Below, one piece after another: positions 60,540-64,000 of a DNA stretch of 64,000 nt (position 1 is the first letter of the stretch; every line of letters begins with the position of its first letter). Position numbers and translations under genes: made by a program. The notes under the pieces were generated by a model. That model saw only the letters and a program-made list of their open reading frames with translations, had not been told where the DNA came from and did not search any database. This DNA comes from Chloroflexota bacterium. GTDB taxonomy: Bacteria; Chloroflexota; Dormibacteria; Dormibacterales; Dormibacteraceae. Location of the stretch: contig VBIW01000036.1 of NCBI GenBank assembly GCA_005880915.1, positions 27,800 through 91,799 of the forward strand. Reading direction: 5' to 3'.

Positions 60540-60770
60540 TTAGAGTGTCCCGCCCCCGAGGTTCCCCGCATCTTCGCGTCCTAGGCGGCCGGGCGCCTGC
60601 GGCGCTGAAGGCTGCGTCAAGGGGCCCGGCGCAGCGCATCCTCCCGCGCCGTGCGCGGGGGCCCCAGTGGTTTGCGCTCCTAGCCGCGCCACCCTTTCCT
60701 TGCCTCCGGCCGCCGATGACGCGAATCTGCGAAGACGTCGGGAGCGGGACACTCAAGCGAGAATACCCAC

Positions 60771-61103
60771 GTGGCGCTCGTGCTTGCGATCGGCGTGCTT
60801 CTCTGCCTGGCCGGCGTCGTGCTCCTGCTGAACCTTTTCGGGGCCGGCGACTACGTGATCGGGCGTGTCACCTCCCGGTATCTCGGCGACCTGCCGCCGG
60901 GCTATGCGGCGAGCAAGCGAGGCTTCCGCATCTACGCGACACTCGTGCTGGCTGTGGGCATCGTCTGCCTCGGCGTGGGCCTGCTCGGCAGCCTGGTGCC
61001 GATCGCGGCGGCTCTGATCGTCCTGGGCGCGCTCATCTTTGGAATCGCGTCGGTGATCGCAATCGCCGGCGAGGTAGAAACCGCGCGCAAGCCTAAGATC
61101 TAG
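60771..61103 (+). CDS. Small 3-TM membrane protein, hypothetical
   Basis: 110 aa. GTG start. Three hydrophobic helices. Confidence 0.45.
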   Translation: MALVLAIGVLLCLAGVVLLLNLFGAGDYVIGRVTSRYLGDLPPGYAASKRGFRIYATLVLAVGIVCLGVGLLGSLVPIAAALIVLGALIFGIASVIAIAGEVETARKPKI

Positions 61104-61106
61104 GCG

Positions 61107-61190
61107 CGATTCGCGCCGCTGGATACACCGAGGCGCAATTCGAGCGTTCGATTCGCACCGTTGGATACACCGAGGCGCAATTCGGTTGCC
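61107..61190. repeat. Two tandem ~42-bp direct repeats
   Basis: CGATTCGCGCCGCTGGATACACCGAGGCGCAATTCGagcgtt / CGATTCGCACCGTTGGATACACCGAGGCGCAATTCGgttgcc. Fills the convergent gap between the membrane-protein gene and rsmE. Confidence 0.8.
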
Positions 61191-61862
61191 TCAGCTCCCC
61201 CGGGCGGCGAGCGCGATCGCAAGTCCGACAAGGGCCGCCGTTTCCGCGCGCAGGTTGCGCGGACCAAGAGATGCGGTCGTCATTGCCAGCTCCAGCTCGC
61301 GCTGGCTCCAACCCCCCTCAGGCCCGACGAACAACGTCAGGTCACGCGGCCTGGTGAGCTCCGCGAGCCGCTGCGGCGAATCGCGGACGAGCAGGACGGG
61401 GTTTTCCTCCGCCCCGATCACCGCGTCCGCCGACGAGGCGGCCGAGACGTCGGGCACGCGGAGCCGGCCGGCCAGCATGGCCGCCTCGCGGCAGATGGTC
61501 GCCCATCGCTCGAGCTTCTCGCCGCGGCCCACGCTGCGGTCGGCGGGAAAGACGACAAATGCGAAAGCGCCCGCCTCGGTGCATCGGGACAGCACGAGCT
61601 CGAGCGCCGGCGCGGGTAGGTTGGCGACCGCGATAGTGATCCGCGCCGCCGGCTCGGGGTCATGGGCTCGCTCGGCAACGACCACGCCCTCGACTCTCTC
61701 GGGCGTGACCGAATCCAGGCGCACGGTGAGCAAGAAGCCGGCCGGGTCGACGACGTCGATCTCCTCACCGACGCGCGCCCGGAGAGATCGTGCGAGGTGA
61801 CGGGCATCGCCGCCTTCGATCACCGCCCGGCCGCGTTCGCGCCTCGCGAAGAACGCAGGCAA
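61191..61862 (-). CDS. rsmE: 16S rRNA (uracil1498-N3)-methyltransferase
   Basis: 223 aa. PUA-like N-terminus (HLARSLRARVGEEIDVVD) and SPOUT C-terminus (VGPEGGWSQRELE...LGPRNLRAETAAL). Confidence 0.88.
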   Translation of the reverse strand: MPAFFARRERGRAVIEGGDARHLARSLRARVGEEIDVVDPAGFLLTVRLDSVTPERVEGVVVAERAHDPEPAARITIAVANLPAPALELVLSRCTEAGAFAFVVFPADRSVGRGEKLERWATICREAAMLAGRLRVPDVSAASSADAVIGAEENPVLLVRDSPQRLAELTRPRDLTLFVGPEGGWSQRELELAMTTASLGPRNLRAETAALVGLAIALAARGS

Positions 61863-61869
61863 CGCCGAA

Positions 61870-62187
61870 CTACATCACGTTGAAGGTTTCGTAGACCGCA
61901 ACCGACGCGCCGCCCTTGATCACGGGGCACGTCTTGGCCAGCTTGGTGGCCTTGTCGAGCGACGGTGCCTCGATGATGCTGTAGCCGGAGGCGCGCTGAC
62001 CGACCGGGCCCGTCGCGACGGTGCCGTCAGCCTTGATCTTGTTCACCCCGCCCGAAAACGGATTACCTGGATCGACCACGGCCGGTCCCAGCTTGGTGAA
62101 CCAGGTCGTCCATTGCTTCATGACCCGCGCCTGCTGCGCCGGCGTGTCCGGCATGCTCCCGCCGTAATACACCAACAGATATTTCAT
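61870..62187 (-). CDS. YCII-related small protein
   Basis: 105 aa. MKYLLVYYGG...GYSIIEAPSLDKATKLAKTCP, a pattern typical of the YCII/DGPF-like fold. Confidence 0.6.
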   Translation of the reverse strand: MKYLLVYYGGSMPDTPAQQARVMKQWTTWFTKLGPAVVDPGNPFSGGVNKIKADGTVATGPVGQRASGYSIIEAPSLDKATKLAKTCPVIKGGASVAVYETFNVM

Positions 62188-62819
62188 TCTTTCGCCCTCC
62201 TGGCGGTATTCGAGCGCAAGTCAGCGATCAATGCAAGCGCTCGATTCAATCTCTCTTTGTTAGCTGGTGCATTGAGCCAGCGGTTCTGGCCTGAAGGATG
62301 CGGCAGCGGCACGATGACCGGGCGCTCGCCGAAGCTCCTGCCAATTCGGTCCTCGAGCGGGCCCGGGCCAAGAAAGCGCGCGATCGCCATCTGGCCGACC
62401 GGGATCAAGACTTTGGGCTCGAGCAAGCGCAGCTCAGCGTCGAGCCAGTGGGCGCAGTTCGCGATGCCGGCGGGCGGTGGCCGCAGGTCGCCGGTGTCGT
62501 TTTTGTTGCGCCCCGGGAAGCATCGCATCACGGCCGCGATGTAGGTCACGCGGCGGAACTCCTGGGGGTCGCGAAACCCTGCGCGGAGCATCCACCGGTC
62601 GAGCTCTTTGCCCGCGCGCCCGGAGAAGGGCCGTCGCGTCTGCCGCTCGGCCGGTCCGGGCGCCTGGCCGACGAGAAAGAACGGCGCGCCCCAATCGCCC
62701 TGGAACGTCGGGTTGGCCTCAGCGATGATCCCCTGGTCGGCGCATACGTGGCATGCCCGGCATGCGGCTTGGTGATCGAGAAGCTGGGCTCGGGCGCCGG
62801 GCGCACGCGGGGCGCCCAC
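62184..62819 (-). CDS. Uracil-DNA glycosylase superfamily protein (family 4/5-like)
   Basis: 211 aa. Cys cluster (CRACHVC), GQAPG motif, PFSGRAGKEL, HPSGQN. Confidence 0.8.
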   Translation of the reverse strand: MGAPRAPGARAQLLDHQAACRACHVCADQGIIAEANPTFQGDWGAPFFLVGQAPGPAERQTRRPFSGRAGKELDRWMLRAGFRDPQEFRRVTYIAAVMRCFPGRNKNDTGDLRPPPAGIANCAHWLDAELRLLEPKVLIPVGQMAIARFLGPGPLEDRIGRSFGERPVIVPLPHPSGQNRWLNAPANKERLNRALALIADLRSNTARRAKE

Positions 62820-62824
62820 TCAGA

Positions 62825-63835
62825 TCAGACGACTCGCGCCAGGCGCGGGTTCGGAGCGGCGCCCGGGATGCGACCTCTTTTTGTCATCGCCTTGCCCTCG
62901 ATCTCTTTGATGTCCGCCGTGAAAGCGATCGGCGGCGCAGAGCTGATCGCCATCCCGACGCCATAAGAATGGATCGGGCACTTCGCCGCCTCGAACTGGC
63001 GAATACGTTCCGCATCCAGCCCGCCCGAGACGAAGATACCGACGTGGCCGTACCCGGCCAGGTCGAGCCGGGCCCGGACCTCCTTGACTAGATCGACCGT
63101 GACTCCGCCCCGCTCGCCGGGTGTGTCGAGGCGAACGCCGCGCAGGTGATCGCCAAGCGCCTCGGCGACCCGAAGCGATTCCTCAGCCTCGTCCTTGAAG
63201 GTGTCTACCAGCACGATGCGTAGAACGTCATCGCCCATGTGCTCGTCAAACGCAAGTGCAGCTTTCACCGTGTCGCCGAAGAGGAGGATCATCGCGTGGG
63301 GCATCGTGCCTGACGCGCCCTCCAGCCCGGCAAGCTGGGCGCCCAGCGGCGTGGCGCAGCCGGCGCACCCGCCGACCACGGCCGAATACTCCATCGTGGG
63401 ACCGATCAGCGGATGCACATGGCGCGCACCGAAGCTGATCACGCGTTTGCCACCTGCCGCGTCCACGATCTCATGGGCTGCTGTCGCCCACCCGGAGCAG
63501 CTGGACAGCATGCCGAGCAGCGCAGTCTCGTATACGCCGAATCGTGAATAAGGCGCGCGCACGCGGAGCACTGTTTCCTTGGTGGTCATGATGGAGCCCT
63601 CGGCGATCGCCCAGGCCTCATCGCCATCTCGGAGCACTTCGCTGAGCAACCGCACAGCCTCCGCGACTCCGCATAGAACGCCAGGCTTGCTGGCGAAGAA
63701 GTCCATCGCGACGACAGCGTCGACGCGCGCACCGGCAAGAGTCTTCTTCGCCCGCTGGAAGTAGACGTCAGAAGCCGCTCCGCCGTAATACGCGACGAGA
63801 TCGGCCGCCGGGCTGACGGCCGTGACCTGCTTCAT
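62825..63835 (-). CDS. Nicotinate phosphoribosyltransferase (short archaeal-type, type II PRTase fold)
   Basis: 336 aa. GTMPHAMI motif, VDTF..., RLDTPGERGG, SGGLD. Confidence 0.8.
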   Translation of the reverse strand: MKQVTAVSPAADLVAYYGGAASDVYFQRAKKTLAGARVDAVVAMDFFASKPGVLCGVAEAVRLLSEVLRDGDEAWAIAEGSIMTTKETVLRVRAPYSRFGVYETALLGMLSSCSGWATAAHEIVDAAGGKRVISFGARHVHPLIGPTMEYSAVVGGCAGCATPLGAQLAGLEGASGTMPHAMILLFGDTVKAALAFDEHMGDDVLRIVLVDTFKDEAEESLRVAEALGDHLRGVRLDTPGERGGVTVDLVKEVRARLDLAGYGHVGIFVSGGLDAERIRQFEAAKCPIHSYGVGMAISSAPPIAFTADIKEIEGKAMTKRGRIPGAAPNPRLARVV

Positions 63836-63875
63836 TGCGCACTGAACTTAGCAGCCCCGGTAACATCCCGTGCCG

Positions 63876-64000
63876 ATGGCCACGCCTTCGTCACAACAGG
63901 TGCTTGAGGCTCTCGGCCGCATCAAGGACCCCGACCTGGGCCGCGACGTGGTGAGCCTTGGCATGATCAAGGAGCTCGACGTCAGCCCCCAGGGCAAAGT
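63876..64000 (+). CDS. Fe-S cluster carrier ATPase Mrp/ApbC, N-terminal (DUF59-like) part. Partial at the right edge.
   Basis: Manual translation from ATG 63876: MATPSSQQVLEALGRIKDPDLGRDVVSLGMIKELDVSPQGK. This is a typical Mrp N-terminus. Confidence 0.6.
   Translation, partial: MATPSSQQVLEALGRIKDPDLGRDVVSLGMIKELDVSPQGK

Noticed and set aside
60540-60770. 230-bp region upstream of lepA as a possible ncRNA or small gene
   Set aside because: It is GC-rich, with only short imperfect hairpins and shadow-type ORFs (for example 60540-60752 on the minus strand and 60545-61096 on the plus strand). I saw no terminator, promoter or conserved motif.

Overview
High-G+C (by eye well above 60%) bacterial chromosomal segment. 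It is densely packed and about 85% of the genes are on the minus strand.

Most genes are housekeeping genes in a Firmicutes/Terrabacteria-like order:
- radA-yacL-ispD-ispF-cysS-rlmB
- ybeY-pth-mfd-mazG-divIC-tRNA-tilS-ftsH-panB-panC-rpsA
- lepA ... hemW-hrcA-grpE-dnaJ, with rsmE nearby

Two accessory blocks stand out.
1. 8.1-15.2 kb: a conserved but functionally unexplained cluster of MoxR AAA+, DUF58, DUF4350, DUF4129, RDD and SpoIIM-like genes.
2. 33.1-50.3 kb: a surface-glycan locus. It contains three epimerase/reductase genes, two GT-C-like polytopic membrane proteins, a flippase-like-TM/GT4 fusion and a processive GT2 synthase. It also contains a small exosortase-family (XrtG-like) gene, a tandem BldC-like HTH regulator and a large PAS/GAF/GGDEF/EAL protein.

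The most unusual observation is in the second block. The GT2 synthase itself ends in a PEP-CTERM-like sorting signal (VPES, a hydrophobic helix, then RRRT), and it is translationally coupled to the exosortase gene.

Other notable items:
- A dispersed ~50-60 nt two-hairpin element in four copies; one extends an ORF and one lies in frame inside a gene.
- GGGAGAGGGG-type palindromes, one of them in frame inside an O-antigen-ligase-like gene.
- A terminator/antiterminator-like leader upstream of a PLP-dependent dehydratase homolog.
- A tRNA(CAU) whose encoded CCA end shares a nucleotide with the tilS start codon.
- A 27-aa Lys/Arg-rich micro-ORF between two tRNAs.
- A CIRCE operator in front of an hrcA-grpE-dnaJ operon that lacks dnaK.

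I saw no rRNA, CRISPR array, transposase or integrase.

Many long ORFs in the supplied track are antisense shadow ORFs or 5' over-extensions typical of high-GC DNA. I trimmed several starts by hand, and hand-derived coordinates should be treated as +/-2 nt. All family assignments come from motif recognition by eye, not from searches.
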